The notes: generated by a model not told the origin, from the letters alone. Positions 42,701 through 56,535 are shown, counted from the stretch's first letter. The stretch is 64,000 bases of DNA from Octopus vulgaris (GCA_951406725.2 OX597819.1:86056001-86120000); one strand, 5' to 3'. Made by a program: numbers and translations.

Positions 42701-43202
42701 TCTCTTTGGTGAAATAGGAAACTTGCATGTAATTTCTAATTTTAATTTAGTGACAATACCCAACAGAGCAATTTTTTATACTAAAAGCAAAGTATTTCCA
42801 AGTCAGTGAAAGTGGAAAACGATTAAATCCAATCTTTATAAACATGCCATCATGTAGATAGTTACGTTCTGTTATACACAAATTTTTTCAGGTAGACTTT
42901 ACTTTTCATTATAAAAAGCAATTAAAGACTGATTCCGATACAATCCGCTATACGTTATTTATATTATTTACATTGGACGGATATTCCTCATCTCAAAAAT
43001 ATAGAACAGAATCAGCTCTATATTACCCACAAAATTTGTGGCATTGTTTTATCTGTAGTTTAACAGAAAATTTAGAGCTGTTGTGCATTGGTTTCATTTT
43101 TACATTTAAATGCACCTATGTGCATTGAATTTAACACTTGCTTGGCCCGTCGTTGCATTTCGTCTTTTTCAACCAAACCAAGTAAGAATGTATAACATAC
43201 TT

Positions 43203-43768
<566 letters not shown>

Positions 43769-44327
43769 CAGACTGATGGGTCGAAACATATGTTGTACCT
43801 AATAAAAGACTAATACGAAATCCATCTACTATTAATTAATGCTATACATGTGTGTGTGTGCGTATGTATATATATAGAAGTTAGTAAGGGATATCTATCT
43901 TTCTCTTTGTCTATTTATCTATCTCGTTATATAAATATAAGCAATAAGTAAATGGTATTAGCGCAAAAGTTTCTCATTTCCCTCTACTTAGCTGCGGATC
44001 AGTTGTGCCTAGGGCAACCAATGCATTTAATACTTATAATCAATAAAAATGAGGAAGAGAAGCCACATTTACAATAGTATTTCACTTCAAGATTTAAACT
44101 TCTTCGTTTCATATTTGCTGATAATTTTAGTTGTGAATGTTCTTACTGCATCAAGAATGTAATAGTATGGTATATAGTCTTTTAGTGACATAGTCTTTTA
44201 GTGACATAGTCCTTTAGCTGTTTCTTTTACTACAATAAACTTTTAGAAAAGTATTACACACACACGTACATACATATATACATTCATACATAAATGAATA
44301 CATACATACGTGCGTAGACATGCATGT

Positions 44328-44666
44328 AAAGGGTAAAGACCCCCTTCGGTCATGAGTGACCATGGGTTTGCACCTAGAGAGTTACCCTCTGAGGCACAAA
44401 TCTGGGCAAGGTTGTTTTATGGAAGACCAGTAGTCGCCCATGCATACCGGCCTCCCCTCTCCACGCCACCAGTGTTATCCAAGGGAAAGACAAAGGTCGA
44501 TACAGCTTGGCACCAGTGACGTCGCAACTCATTTCTACAGCTGAGTGAACTGGAGCAACGTGAAATAAAGTGCCTTGCTCAAGAACACAACACGCAGGCC
44601 GGTCCGGGATTCGAGCTCACAACCTCACGATCGTAAGCTCGACGCTCTAACCACTGAGCCACATGC
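44328..44666 (-). mobile_element. tRNA-derived SINE, family 4
   Basis: Head TGGCTCAGTGGTTAGAGCGTCGAGCTTACGATCGTGAGG with a B-box-like motif. Body GTGTTCTTGAGCAAGGCAC...GTTGCTCCAGTTCACTCAGCTG. Confidence 0.8.
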
Positions 44667-45866
44667 ATACACACACACATACATATATATATATACATAT
44701 TTATAATATCAAATGAAATTAATATTGAATTTTCCAATTCCTAGTATTAGTATTTCTACTTTCAGAATTTTGAAATAGTAATTTGTTGATGTCATTTCGT
44801 TTAAAGTGTTTTATGACGTGACTAGCAAAAGGTGTCCTATTTATATGTTTATACTATATTATTCAACATATATTCCATCTACTTTTCAAATTATCTTCGA
44901 ATATGGTTTGAGATGATGTATTTTTGTCGATTCAATCAAGTTGTGAACGATTTTCATCTGTATTGCGTAAAATTTTACAGAATTTTCCCTGGAGAAATGC
45001 TTCCTTAAAATTTCTGTAGGTTCGCTGATTTAATCAAAATATTGTATATGCGTCTTGGTTTCTAAATAAACCTAGCGCAAATTTGTAATCAAGTTGTGTA
45101 TGCCAAACTTTGCATTTCGCCCGAATGTAGTTTTAAAATATTCAAAGTACCTTGAATTTCTGGCTACAACGTTACTAAGTATTAAACACTAAACAATCTT
45201 CAAGATCTCAAAAACTAAAAAATAACGATGGATCTCAAATATAGTTACATATCAATTTAAAATCAAATTTAAAAATAACAAACAAACAAATGAAAAGGCA
45301 CAATAACAAATATAATTTTAAAGTACTGATGTTATTAAAACTAATGTAATTTATGAAAGGAAAATTTTCAATAAAAAAATAAATCAATTGTATTTTATGT
45401 TTTGGTAATGAATTTTTCTTCGTTTGGTTACGACTAGATCAGCGACCAGGAAGAGAATTATAGCTGATTGAATGAACATCACTTTGGTTGTGCTTGTTTA
45501 CTGATTCGATAGAGATGAAAGATAAAACAAATTACGCTAAGATTTTAACTCAAAGTTTACATGGAAGAAAATATTTTGCCTTTGGCATTTCTTCATATAC
45601 GTAATCAATCCTATCACTATCGCCATTTAAATTCATAATGTGACAGTTTTGGAGTATACCAAATCTAGCTGCTCGATATGAAAATTTTTAGTAAAATAAA
45701 TCATTCTTGTCTTATATTATGTTCCGTCTGTTATATCTCATTCAGAATTTAAACACAGATATTAAACTATTTGTTAAATAAACTATACAATACACGCAAA
45801 TTATTTCGAAATTATGTCAATTCTAATGTTAACTGGCGCAGTTACAATGTTACATTCTAATGTATA

Positions 45867-47174
45867 GGCGCAGGAGTGGCTGTGTGGTAAGTAGCTTGCT
45901 TACCTCATTGCGCACGAGCAAGAGAGAATTGTGTTTGACACCGAAGAGGTAGGACGCGCTTTTGAAGCCGTTTTGAATTGAAGACCTTTGAAACTCATCT
46001 GTAAGTTATGACTTCCTATTGTCTAATGAGAGCCTGTTGTATGTCGCAAATTATTTTTACAAACAAGAAGTCTTCACTAGACTCTATTCTGCCTGAGGCT
46101 GAGTAAAAATATTATTCACTTAATTGTGAAAATTATTGGTTTGGTAGGCGTATGCTGGCAAAAAATTCTTTGTTTCAAAATAGTGTTTCAACAATATTGT
46201 TCCTGTCAAGGAATACCTAGAAGAAAATTGGAATGATTTTTTAACTGTTTTACAATTGTGTTAAAATTTTAGCCTGGAGTACCAAGTGGCTTTGCTATGT
46301 TTTGGACTGTTGCTCTCTCTTCTATCTTTTATTAAAAAAAAAACTCTTTATTGAACTGTTAATTTTTTTTTCTCATTTTTGTTTGGACTTTTTCCTCTTC
46401 CTTCTTTTTCTTTAATTATTTTATATTTTAACAACTGTATTTGTGGACTCTTTAAATAAATCATGGCAAATAACAACGAAAAGTTGGTGGAGTGGGAAAT
46501 TACACCACCCAAAAATGGTTAAAAGAACTTGAAAGTAAGACGGTGGTTTTAAGGACCTACTCTAGGACCCTCGACGCTATTGCCGCTTTCAGAAAAGATA
46601 TAATCGAAAGAGAGCTGGCAGAATTTAAGCCAGCGATTAAGTTTATCACTCGGTGGGGGGGGGGGGCAAATACGCAACCGTGTGGTTGCTGTTTGACTCC
46701 CCAGAAGTGACCTGTGAATTTGCAAGTCAGCACCTGGAGAGCAATGAAAAATTGTTTCTTCCCACTTATGGCAAATGTTTATGAAATAAAGTAGCTTGCT
46801 TACCAACTACATGGTTCCAGGTTCAGTCCCACTGTGTAGCACTTTGGGTAAGTGGCTTCTACTACAGCCTCAGGCCGACCAAAGCCTTGTGAGTGGATTT
46901 GGTCGGCGGAAACTGAAAGAAGCCCGTCGTATATATGTATATGTATATATATATAAATATAAACATATATATATGTGTGTGTGTGTGTATTTGTCCCCCA
47001 ACATCGCTTGACAACCGATGCTGGTATGTTGACGTCCCCATCACATAGCGGTTCGACAAAATTGAAAAATAGACCGATAGAATTGCAAAAAATTAGTCTT
47101 GTGGTCGATTTGCTCGACTAAAGGTGGTGCTCCAACATGACCGCAGTCAAATGACTGAAACAAGTAAAAGAGTA
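45867..47174 (+). mobile_element. tRNA-derived SINE, family 1, split by an insertion at 45905-46788
   Basis: The head at 45867-45904 resumes at 46789. AAGTAGCTTGCTTACC is duplicated at the junctions. Confidence 0.88.
45905..46788 (+). mobile_element. 5' part (UTR and ORF1 N-terminus) of an L1-like element flanked by a 14-16-bp TSD
   Basis: Frameshifted MANNNEKLVEWEITPP / KELESKTVVLRTYSRTLDAIAAFRKDIIERELAEFKPAIKFITR / KYATVWLLFDSPEVTCEFASQHLESNEKLFLPTYGK. Ends ATGAAATAAA. Confidence 0.65.
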
Positions 47175-48595
47175 ACTGGTTCATTATAATTAGTATCTTA
47201 AAGATATTTGAACTCACAACGTAACGGCAGATGAAATACCGGTAAGCATTTCGCCCGGCGTGCTAACGATTCAGCCAGCTCACCGCCTTCAATTTGATAG
47301 AATAACGTCAATGTATTGATAAATTGGCCAGAATTTTTTTTAAAAATCTAACAAATGATAGCGTTTTCAGAAATAAAAATATAAATGTAGATTTATATAC
47401 GTAGTTTGTGACGGAATGATATTGAAGTGGGTGATGATCATAATAATACTAATAACATTATGATAAAATTGGGTTGATAATATTTATGACCGTCATGCAG
47501 GCCGAGGTGCGGTCATTGACGGTTTCGTTTTCGTAAGATTCAAATTTACTTTACCGTGATAACAGGAGGAATTTATCCTCAGACTGTGGGCAACCGATTA
47601 TCTTATTGGGAAGTAAATTTAGTGTTGACACTCAGTGACATACACAACACCACATGTAGATCACTCGACGAAGAAAGATGAAAGATCTCGTACTATACAA
47701 CACTTACCGACAGAATCACGTACGTTTTTGATACATCGGTCAGTCAAGATCTATCTCAACTTCAACATGTTTGCTTATTAGGAATTCTCATCCGTAATTT
47801 TTCTTTGTTTACTCCATGCAATGTATTCTCTCTCATTCGTTTTTGTTTATAATAAACTACATATTCTTTTGAATTCCCTAATTCAGTATTATAATGTCTT
47901 ATCTAGTCATTTTGCAGAAAGTACGAAACAGCACTATTTTGCTATTTTCTGTATGGTTTCACAGTCTTTTTTGCTGCATAATCCTGTTTATTTTGATGAC
48001 CCGTATTTATTTATCCTCGCGTACACATATTATGGAAACATGATGTGCTTTTATTTAAAATGCGTATTTCTTTTATCTCGAAAGTTACATTTCTAAAGAT
48101 TGCTTGTTCTATAGGAAATTTGCAATGTTTACAAGGAAGTACTTTTTGAATAACATTAGACATCTTCATTAGTCGGAAAGCTGAAATGGAAGGGTTACTT
48201 TTCTTTTACCGCGCATTATGTTTTGCATGAAACGTAAAAGTACCACGAATAAAGATAGATTTGAAGTATTATAAGATGTACAAGGAAGAAAGATAATTAT
48301 ACATGTTTATGTTGGTAATATAATCACATTACATGCTTTCTTATTTCAAAGAATTTCAGATTAGCGGACTTTCAAGTACTGTTTTCGATATACAGGCAGA
48401 CGTTGTAGTCTTAACTCGTTTCCCGGTTTAATGTGCTCACCTGATCGTAGGTTGGTTTTAGCATGGTTCATTCTGTTGCATGCATTTGGGTTAAGTCCAC
48501 CGTCTCAAAGCAGTCACACACGTCTGGTAGACTCAAAGTACTGCCTAACATCCGCTAACTAAACACTAAAACGTATTATAAATTAAATCTCTTAC

Positions 48596-48711
48596 CTTGT
48601 ACCCTTGGATTGGATCTTCGTTGTTGTTGTAGCCAACTCCACGGAATGTAACTCGAACACTTTCCGGACCGTGAGAATATACGTGTATTTCGATCGGGTA
48701 TTTCAAAGGAG
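48596..48711 (-). CDS. CNTN: Contactin-like gene, exon encoding the first half of the last FN3 domain
   Basis: Acceptor ctttaacag, 116 nt, phase 1 in and phase 0 out: (P)PLKYPIEIHVYSHGPESVRVTFRGVGYNNNEDPIQGYK|GTAAG. Phases match both neighbouring exons. Resembles the invertebrate contactin pattern 'V.VY...P.SVRV.W......EEP..GYK'. Confidence 0.9.
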
Positions 48712-49291
48712 CTGTTAAAGTAACATCGAAGTTGTATTTTACTAGCTAGTTATTCAATTCAACTTTAAGTTACATAAGTTGTCATTACTTTGAAGTAAGT
48801 TACAATATCGTATTTCTATCTGGTTGTATGTTTTACTCTGAAACTTATTGAATAAATTACCTGTATGCATTCAGTGTAAATTATATTCGCAACGAAAGCC
48901 AAACTTCTAGACATTGCAATGAGATTTCAGCAATATAATACGTAAAACGGATTATATTTCTATACGAGAACAATAAGGTAGTAAATGAAAAATTAATGCG
49001 ATTATACTTTTCCAATGATTAAAAGAATATATTATTTCGTACATTTAATATCAGAGAAGTTTTTTATATACTATACTGCCAAATAATTGTATAATCTTAA
49101 TTTCTCCAACATTAATTCACTTGAACGGTTTTTTCGTTCGCTCTTTTTATGTCATGCCTATAGTCATCGGCGATAATAGGTCATACACAATTTTGTACTG
49201 TATGGGGCCACTCTTTCTTAAGCCAGGTGGTAAGAGAGTGTTTCGAGTATCTTCTTTCTTCTGTCAGTCCTGGTATCTTGTTTTCTCATGA

Positions 49292-49317
49292 AATATAATA
49301 TAATATAATATAATATA

Positions 49318-49348
<31 letters not shown>

Positions 49349-49568
49349 GATATATGTATATATACATATATATATATACACACGCACAAACACGCACACA
49401 CACACATATATATACATATATGTATGTATATATGTATATATATATATATATATATCTCTATTTGTATATATATATATGTGTGTATATATATATGTATATA
49501 TATATGTGTATATATATATATATGTATATATATAAATGCATATATATCTATGTGTATATATATGTATT

Positions 49569-49603
<35 letters not shown>

Positions 49604-49616
49604 GTATATATATATG

Positions 49617-49649
<33 letters not shown>

Positions 49650-49915
49650 GTATATATATATGTTTGTATATATATGTATATATATATATGTATGTATATA
49701 TGTATATATATGTATATATATATGTATATATATATGTATATATATGTGTATATATATAAATGTATATATATATATCTATGTGTAGATATGTGTATATTTA
49801 TATATATATATATATATGTGTATATATATATGTATATATATACATGTATACACACACACACACACATATATATACATATATATATATATATGTGTGTGTG
49901 TGTATATGTATATCA
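49292..49915. repeat. (ATAAT)n plus (TA)n-type microsatellite
   Basis: Directly visible. Confidence 0.97.
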
Positions 49916-50569
49916 TAATTGAGAGGAAAATGAGACTTTTCTCTTATTGCTTTATAGTAGATACTATAAGAGAAGGATTAACGGTGGGGAGGTTCGTCAG
50001 CTTTCATACACATTTATCTAGTAAAATTCGTGCTATATCTAGTAAACCATCGACAAAAAGATATTGATAGTAATGTAAAATAAGGAAGATGATTTAATAT
50101 TTTTACTTGCTTCACGACACTCCCAAATTCTACTGAAATTTTAAAAGAACGAAATATTTAAGTGTAAGAGTATTAACCTTCTATTAAGCTTTTTTTATGA
50201 CCGAAGTATTTATTAATTCATCTTGCCGATTTACACACAAACAATGTCGGTTTGCCTTCAACAGGCAGTTTCTCTTGTGTTTAAATGTACACTATTTTAT
50301 ATTGAGAAAATGTTGTCTATTGACTTTTTAGTTATGCTAGGCCATTGGTAGTAAAATTTCTAAAACAAAACTCGCTACCCTATGTACACTATCTTCTAAG
50401 TCTAAGCAACAAAATTTGGGAGGCCACAACGATAAAAGGATGATGATTTTGTTAAAGAAATTTAGACAGGATGAAAAAGTATGGCGCAAGCAAGAAAGAA
50501 CTGAAAACCAATTGTCACTAGCAATGTGCAAGAGCATCCCATAGTCATGTAAACACAGGCGATATATAG

Positions 50570-50622
<53 letters not shown>

Positions 50623-51335
50623 AATTTTTTTTTAGATATATATTTATTTAAAGTGCTACTAATAGTTTCATATGTTGAGAAAACTCAAACATATCCTTCA
50701 GGCGCTAGCCACTTATCATAACGAAGTAAAGAAATTGAATTATAGAAGAAATGCAAAAACATTTACAAGGCAGCATATAGAAAACGCAGACAGTTAACAA
50801 CTGAAAAGAACAATGGAACACGAAAAACAGAAACTAAAATGTAAAAAGTAAAAAGTAAAATTGTAAAAGTACTATCCTCCTTAGACCTTAAATGATAAGA
50901 CTGGAAAGATATCAAGTCAGACAGGAATAAGCAGAATTTTCCAATTCTTCAAAATATATTTATACATATGTATGCAACCACTGAAAATTTCCGACCTGGA
51001 GTTCAATATAGAGCTAGGGATCATAGATCTGAACAGGTTCTGCGCTTTTTCATCCAAACAATTGTCTACATTTATTCGATCCATTCACGTAAGTTATGGA
51101 TTTCTCAATTACTTCCATTTAATCACACGCGGTGTTTCGTTATCTTTCAAAGTCCATACGTGGCTAACCAACTTAGTAGCTTTACCTTTGTCTCTACGTC
51201 TGAAGGACGCTATGTAATTGGCATAGCGATTTTTAAATTCACCTTCACATAATCCACTCTAGGTCTTCTTATGAGTTGCATTATTATTTAGGGTTGCAGT
51301 AACTTCTGCCTCATATACAATAGATTTAGTCATTT

Positions 51336-51379
<44 letters not shown>

Positions 51380-51615
51380 GAGAGAGAGAGGTTATGAGAG
51401 GTAATGGTGTCAATAAGACCCAAAGGTGTCAGGTAATGCTGAGTAAGTGCTATGGATAGACTATAGTTAAGCTCCAGTTTCGGTGATTATGCGAGTAAGG
51501 AGTCCAACGTAGGTCATATATCAGCATGTGTGTATATATATATAACAAAAAAAAATTCAGAATGAGATAAAAATCCAAGGCTGTGAAAGATTGTAGAACA
51601 TTTATAAAAAAGATG

Positions 51616-51663
51616 GTCTTACAGCTGTTTCTGAAATATTTTATATATCCCTTCATCGGAGAC
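51616..51663 (-). ncRNA. Minimal hammerhead motif, CCGAUGA variant
   Basis: GTCT-CCGATGA-AGGGATAT...ATATTTCA-GAAA-CAGCTG-TA-AGAC. Palindromic stem III ACAGCTGT. A partial inverted copy of the flank lies at about 51785-51862. Confidence 0.6.
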
Positions 51664-51962
51664 GGTATGAGAAAATGGTTAAGCAATGGTTATTTTAGAT
51701 ATGATATGAAATAGAGAGTGAAGTGGGGAGTGAAAATAGACGTGAGATATGTAGCGATATTGCATCTATAGATCCATTATTTAAGCAACAACTGTAATAC
51801 CTTCTACTTATAAATGTTCTAAAATCTTTCACACCCTTGGGCTTTTATCTCATTCTGAAAATTTATATATATATATATATAATAATAAATATTAGGGAAT
51901 AAATCCAAAATTACAGGGAAAAATCAGATTTAGGGTTAAATCCAATTTTATAGTAAAATATT

Positions 51963-52259
51963 ATATAATATAATTCGAGACAAAACCACTATTTTAAAAC
52001 CAAACAAGAAAAGACTTAATCAATACATAAAATTTTAATATAAATTAAATAAACCGCCACAACAGTTGTTTCATGTCTGCTACCGACAATCTTCAGGTGG
52101 ATTTTCGATCTTCTAATCAGTATCAAATTTTGAAGTCAAATTTTGTCGGTAGCAGACATGAAACAATTGTTGTGGCGGTTTATTTAATTTATATTAAAAT
52201 TTTATGTATTGATTAAGTCTTTTCTTGTTTGGTTTTAAAATAGTGGTTTTGTCTCGAAT

Positions 52260-52268
<9 letters not shown>
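51963..52268. repeat. Near-perfect inverted repeat of about 127 bp with a spacer of about 53 nt
   Basis: 51963-52089 matches the reverse complement of 52143-52268. One mismatch seen (ACAGTTG vs ACAATTG). Confidence 0.9.
52057..52100 (-). ncRNA. Minimal hammerhead motif
   Basis: CCAC-CTGAAGA-T-TGTC/GACA-T-GAAA-CAACTG-TT-GTGG. GUU triplet; U-U at the base of stem II. Confidence 0.6.
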
Positions 52269-52296
<28 letters not shown>

Positions 52297-52300
<4 letters not shown>

Positions 52301-53590
52301 TTGATAAAAACTTAGATATGTTTCGACCAAAGATTGGTCCAGGCCATATCTAACTTAATAGGACCACCTGATAGGATTATCTAAATCCTTTTTAGTCAAG
52401 TTTTGTTTATGGTCCATTCAAGTAGTGAGTTCTTGTTGAGGGAGTTGTATCCAGGTAAATGTGGCTTATCCGGTATTCCTTGAAGAAATCTGTCCAGGAT
52501 CCGTTTAAAGGTGATGAGATCATTTTCCTCTTTAATCAATTTTGGGACAATGTTAAACAGGGCAGGGCCTGTTGGGGAAAAGAAATTATGTCGCAGTGTA
52601 CCTATATGTTGTGAACCTGAATTGGGCAGGGGATGTATGGTCCGTGGTCCCAGCCTTGAATGAACCTTGAATCTAATGTTCAGGTCGTTTGGGCAATGCT
52701 GGCGGTATATTCTCCATATCGTACAAATGATGTACCGCTCGCGGCGGCGCTGGAGAGAGTAGAGTTTCAAAGCTTTAAGGAGGTCCCAGTAATCGAGATC
52801 AGTCATGCCTTCAATTCGTTTAGTGAGTGCCCTGTAAGGTGATTCAATCCATGAGATGTTTTGTTTTGTATGGGGAGTCCACAAGGGGCAGCAGTATTCA
52901 AGGTGTGGCCGTACAAAGGAGGAGAAAAGTGGAATGATGACACCTTGTTCTCGATCGGAATGTTCTAAAGATCCAGGGGCTCATCCTACGAGCTATATCG
53001 ACCTTATTGTTGATGTGGGCACTTCAACTGAGATTTTTATCAACAATTACACCCAGGTCTCGGATATTATTAGATGCCGTAAGCGGTTCCCCAGAAGGAA
53101 GAGAGTATGGCTGTTTTAGTATAGACCTTCTTCCAAAATGCATCAGCTCAAATTTTCCCTCGTTCAGTTGCATTTTGTTTTTGTCTGCCCATTGACTCAC
53201 AGCATATAGATCAGACTGGAGTTGAGTTCGATCTTCTTCATTGATAATTTTCTGGAGCTTAGTGTCATCAGTAAATATTTTCACTTTGCAGTGATTTATG
53301 ACGCTGGAAAGGTCATTTATGTAAATTATAAAGAGGAGCGGGCCCAAGACAGTCCCCTGAGGGACACCACTGGTGATTTTTGCTGGGCTTGAGTGGACTC
53401 CATCTACCACAACATGTTGCCCTCTATTCGCCAGGAAATACTTAATCCAGTGTAGAGGTTTTCCACGGATTCCAACATCTGCCAATTTTGAGAGTAAGAT
53501 ATTATGGTCAACCCTGTCGAACGCTTTACTGAAGTCAAGATATATGACATCAGAGTTCGAACCTGTTCCCAAGACTTTAAGTATATCTTC
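52297..53590 (-). mobile_element. 5'-truncated CR1/L2-group LINE, RT and C-terminus
   Basis: DVIYLDFSKAFDRVDH, SGVPQGTVLGPLLF, FTDDTK, IRDLGV and LKLYSLQRRRERY, with frameshifts. Confidence 0.92.
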
Positions 53591-53629
53591 AATATGTTTA
53601 TATTTTTGCATTATACATGCATATATATG

Positions 53630-54188
53630 TATAAGTCTAAACTAATGTTTAAGGATTGCCTTAAAAATGCTCTAATACAGACAAGAATTGCAGCTGGTAA
53701 TTGGGAGAGGGGGACAAAAATCCGTGATGGATGGAGGAAGATAGTTTGAGTGGGAGAGAGTGAAGTATGAGAGAATTATGAGGGGGCTTAGAAGGGGGAA
53801 CATGTGGAAAGTGAGTGTTGCTTTTATGTGCGTAGTTTGTGGGCGGAGGTATTTGAGTCGTACAGACCTGTTGAGCCATCAAAATTCTCATAGAAATCGA
53901 CCCATGATAAACAATGATGTGGCTATTAAAATTCATAACAGAACGTGTGTAAAATGTGAAAGGTTGTGCCTCTCAGCTGGAGGTCTAAAAACACATGTTA
54001 AGAGAGTGCATATGGCGACGCCTGTTTCTCCTGCCAGCCAGCACAGTTGTCTACTATGTAATAAAATGTGTAAAAGCTTGGCCGGGCTTATAAGTCATAT
54101 AAGAGCATCACATGGCAACAATCGTGAATCATTTCAGTAAGTCTTCTTGGCAATGGCTTTTCTCGTGTAACGAGGATGCAGTTGTGTG

Positions 54189-54190
<2 letters not shown>
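53630..54190 (+). mobile_element. RTE-clade LINE 3' fragment with three C2H2 zinc fingers
   Basis: KLMFKDCLKNAL...NWE...RDGWRK, followed after a frameshift by CVVC..H...H, CVKC..H....H and CLLC..H....H. Confidence 0.75.
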
Positions 54191-54239
<49 letters not shown>

Positions 54240-54242
<3 letters not shown>

Positions 54243-56016
54243 GGTGTGTAAGATATTTGAGGACAGATTTATGTTTATAAAAAACACAGATATATAATAA
54301 CAGAAAATAACTTTATTTATAAAAAAATGCTATGAGGATAAAAATATACCTTCTTTTCTATAATGTTATTCAAGAAAACCACCTTCACCTTCAACAACTG
54401 CTTCTATATGCGAACTAAATCATGTACATGCTCGAATCAAGTGGTCCCGCTTCATTTTTGACATTATTCTGATTATGGAAGCTTTCATAGAAACTTTAGT
54501 GTTACGGGCGTGTTCATTGACCTTTCTCAACACCGCTCTACATGTAATAGTCCATAGAATGGGATCTGGGAATTAGCAGGCCAAATGTTAGGGGCTATGT
54601 GATCATGAAACTTTTCAGCCATCCATTCCTGTGTTACTAGAGCTATGTGTGGTAGTGGAGGGTCTTACTGAAATACGTATGCCCTTCCATTGCATACACT
54701 GTCTATCCAGGGCTTAACAATGTAGGCGGCGTGGAGGCGCGTGGCTTAGGGGTTAGGGTGTCAGCATCATGATCGTAAGATTGTGGTTTCGATTCCTGGA
54801 CCGGGCGACGCGTTGTGTTCTTGAGCAAAACACTTCATTGCACGTTGCTCCAGTCCACTCAGCTGGCAAAAATGATTAACGCTGCGGAACACATACGCCA
54901 TAGAAACCGGGAAAGCGGGCCCATGAGCCTGGCTTGGCTTTAAAAGGGAGCATTTATTTTGGAGGCACATTTTCTAGTGGTTAGAGCAGCGGACCTGCGG
55001 TCGAGGGATCGCAGATTCGAATCTCAGACCGGGTGATGTGTGTGTGTATGAGCGAAACACCTATGCTCCACACGGCTCCGGCAGAAGGTAATGGCGAACT
55101 TCTGCTGACTCTTTCGCCACAACTTTCTCTCACTCTTTCCTCCTGTATCTTGCAGCTCATCTGCAACAGACCGGCGTCCCGTCCAGGTGGGGGACCTATA
55201 TGCCACGGAAACCGGCCCTTATGAGCCGGGCATGGCTCAAGAAGGAACAAAAGCTAATGTAGGCGGCAGAGTTAACTGTAAGGCCTTGTGGGAAGAAGTA
55301 AGGAGGCATCACAAGTCCTTTATTGTTAACAACCCCTAAAATCATGAGAGTTGCAGAAAATTTTGTATGCATAACACTTGGAAGGGTCAGCACATAACCA
55401 TCTATCATTTCTTCTGCTAACTTTTTGATCTTGGTCGAAGTTTTTCTCGTTTGAGAAAAACCAAATCAAATCATCCTCTGCTGGATTTTTCAATTTGTTT
55501 AAAAGCCTTTTAGATCTGATGAACGTTTTTCTTTTGATTTTTCTGGCAAATTGACCTTTCCACATCATATAAGACTTGCATTTGATGTCTTCGTGGACAA
55601 AATTTCTTACTGTTCTTTCTGACACATGGACATCTTTTGCGATTGACCTTATGGACTTTTCTGGGAGTGTAATCAATAGTCTGTTGAACTTATTGGATAA
55701 ATTCAGGTGTTCTGATGATTTCAGAGCGTTTAGAATGGGTTTTCTGCATTGATACTGGTGATACGTTTCCATCTTCATTCTCCAGTTCCTGACGAAATTT
55801 GTAGACGAAAGATCTGGCAACTTTTAAAACTCGAAATATTTCTAAATCCCCATGTTCAGCCTTTATAACTAAAACGACAACATGCGTCTTCATTTCTTGA
55901 GCAAGCTGAGTAAGGGTCTACCATTAATATTTTCTGAAAAAAGATTATACAGAGTTAACAAAGAATGTAGCAATGACCCAAAAGAGGTATGTCCTCAAAT
56001 TCCTTTATATTTATGT
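54240..56016 (-). mobile_element. Degenerate near-full-length maT/DD37D-like transposon
   Basis: HTH region SIRSIAKDVHVSERTV, then WFFSNEKNFDQDQK, VMPPYFF, VKPWIDSV and WPANS...MDYY with stops and frameshifts. TIR core ATTTGAGGACA at both ends. Confidence 0.85.
54731..55255 (+). mobile_element. Dimeric tRNA-derived SINE inserted into a transposon
   Basis: Two tRNA-like heads (about 54731 and 54961) inside one 12-bp direct repeat AATGTAGGCGGC (54719-54730 and 55256-55267). Confidence 0.85.
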
Positions 56017-56108
56017 ATTATACACACACATGCATATGTATGTATATACATATACATACATATATATACACATTTATATAGATATATGTATATATGTATA
56101 TATTTATA

Positions 56109-56535
56109 GGCGCAGGAGTGGCTATAGGCGCAGGAGTGGCTGTGTGGTAAGAAGCTTGTTTACCAACCACATGGTTCCGGGTTCAGTCCCACTGCGTGGC
56201 ACCTTGGGCAATTGTCTTCTACTATGGCCTCGGGCCGACCAAAGCATTGTGAGTGGATTTGGTAGACGGAAACTGAAAGAAGCCCGTCGTATATATGTAT
56301 GTATATATATGTATGTGTGTGTGTTTGTGTGTCTGTGTTTGTCCCCCTAGCATTGCTTGACAACCGATGCTGGTGTGTTTATGTACCCGTCACTTAGCGG
56401 TTCGGAAAAAAGAGACCGATAGAATAAGTACTGGGCTTACAAAGAACAAGTCTCGGGGTCGATTTGCTCGATTAAAGACGGTGCTCCAGCATGGCCGCAG
56501 TCAAATGACTGAAACAAGTAAAAGGGTAAAAGGGT
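56109..56535 (+). mobile_element. tRNA-derived SINE, family 1, with an 18-bp head duplication
   Basis: TATAGGCGCAGGAGTGGC occurs twice (56105-56140), followed by the full body and tail. Confidence 0.88.

Noticed and set aside
53760-54140. Host C2H2 zinc-finger gene
   Set aside because: Directly preceded by RTE ORF motifs, lacks TGEKP linkers and has a GTG start.
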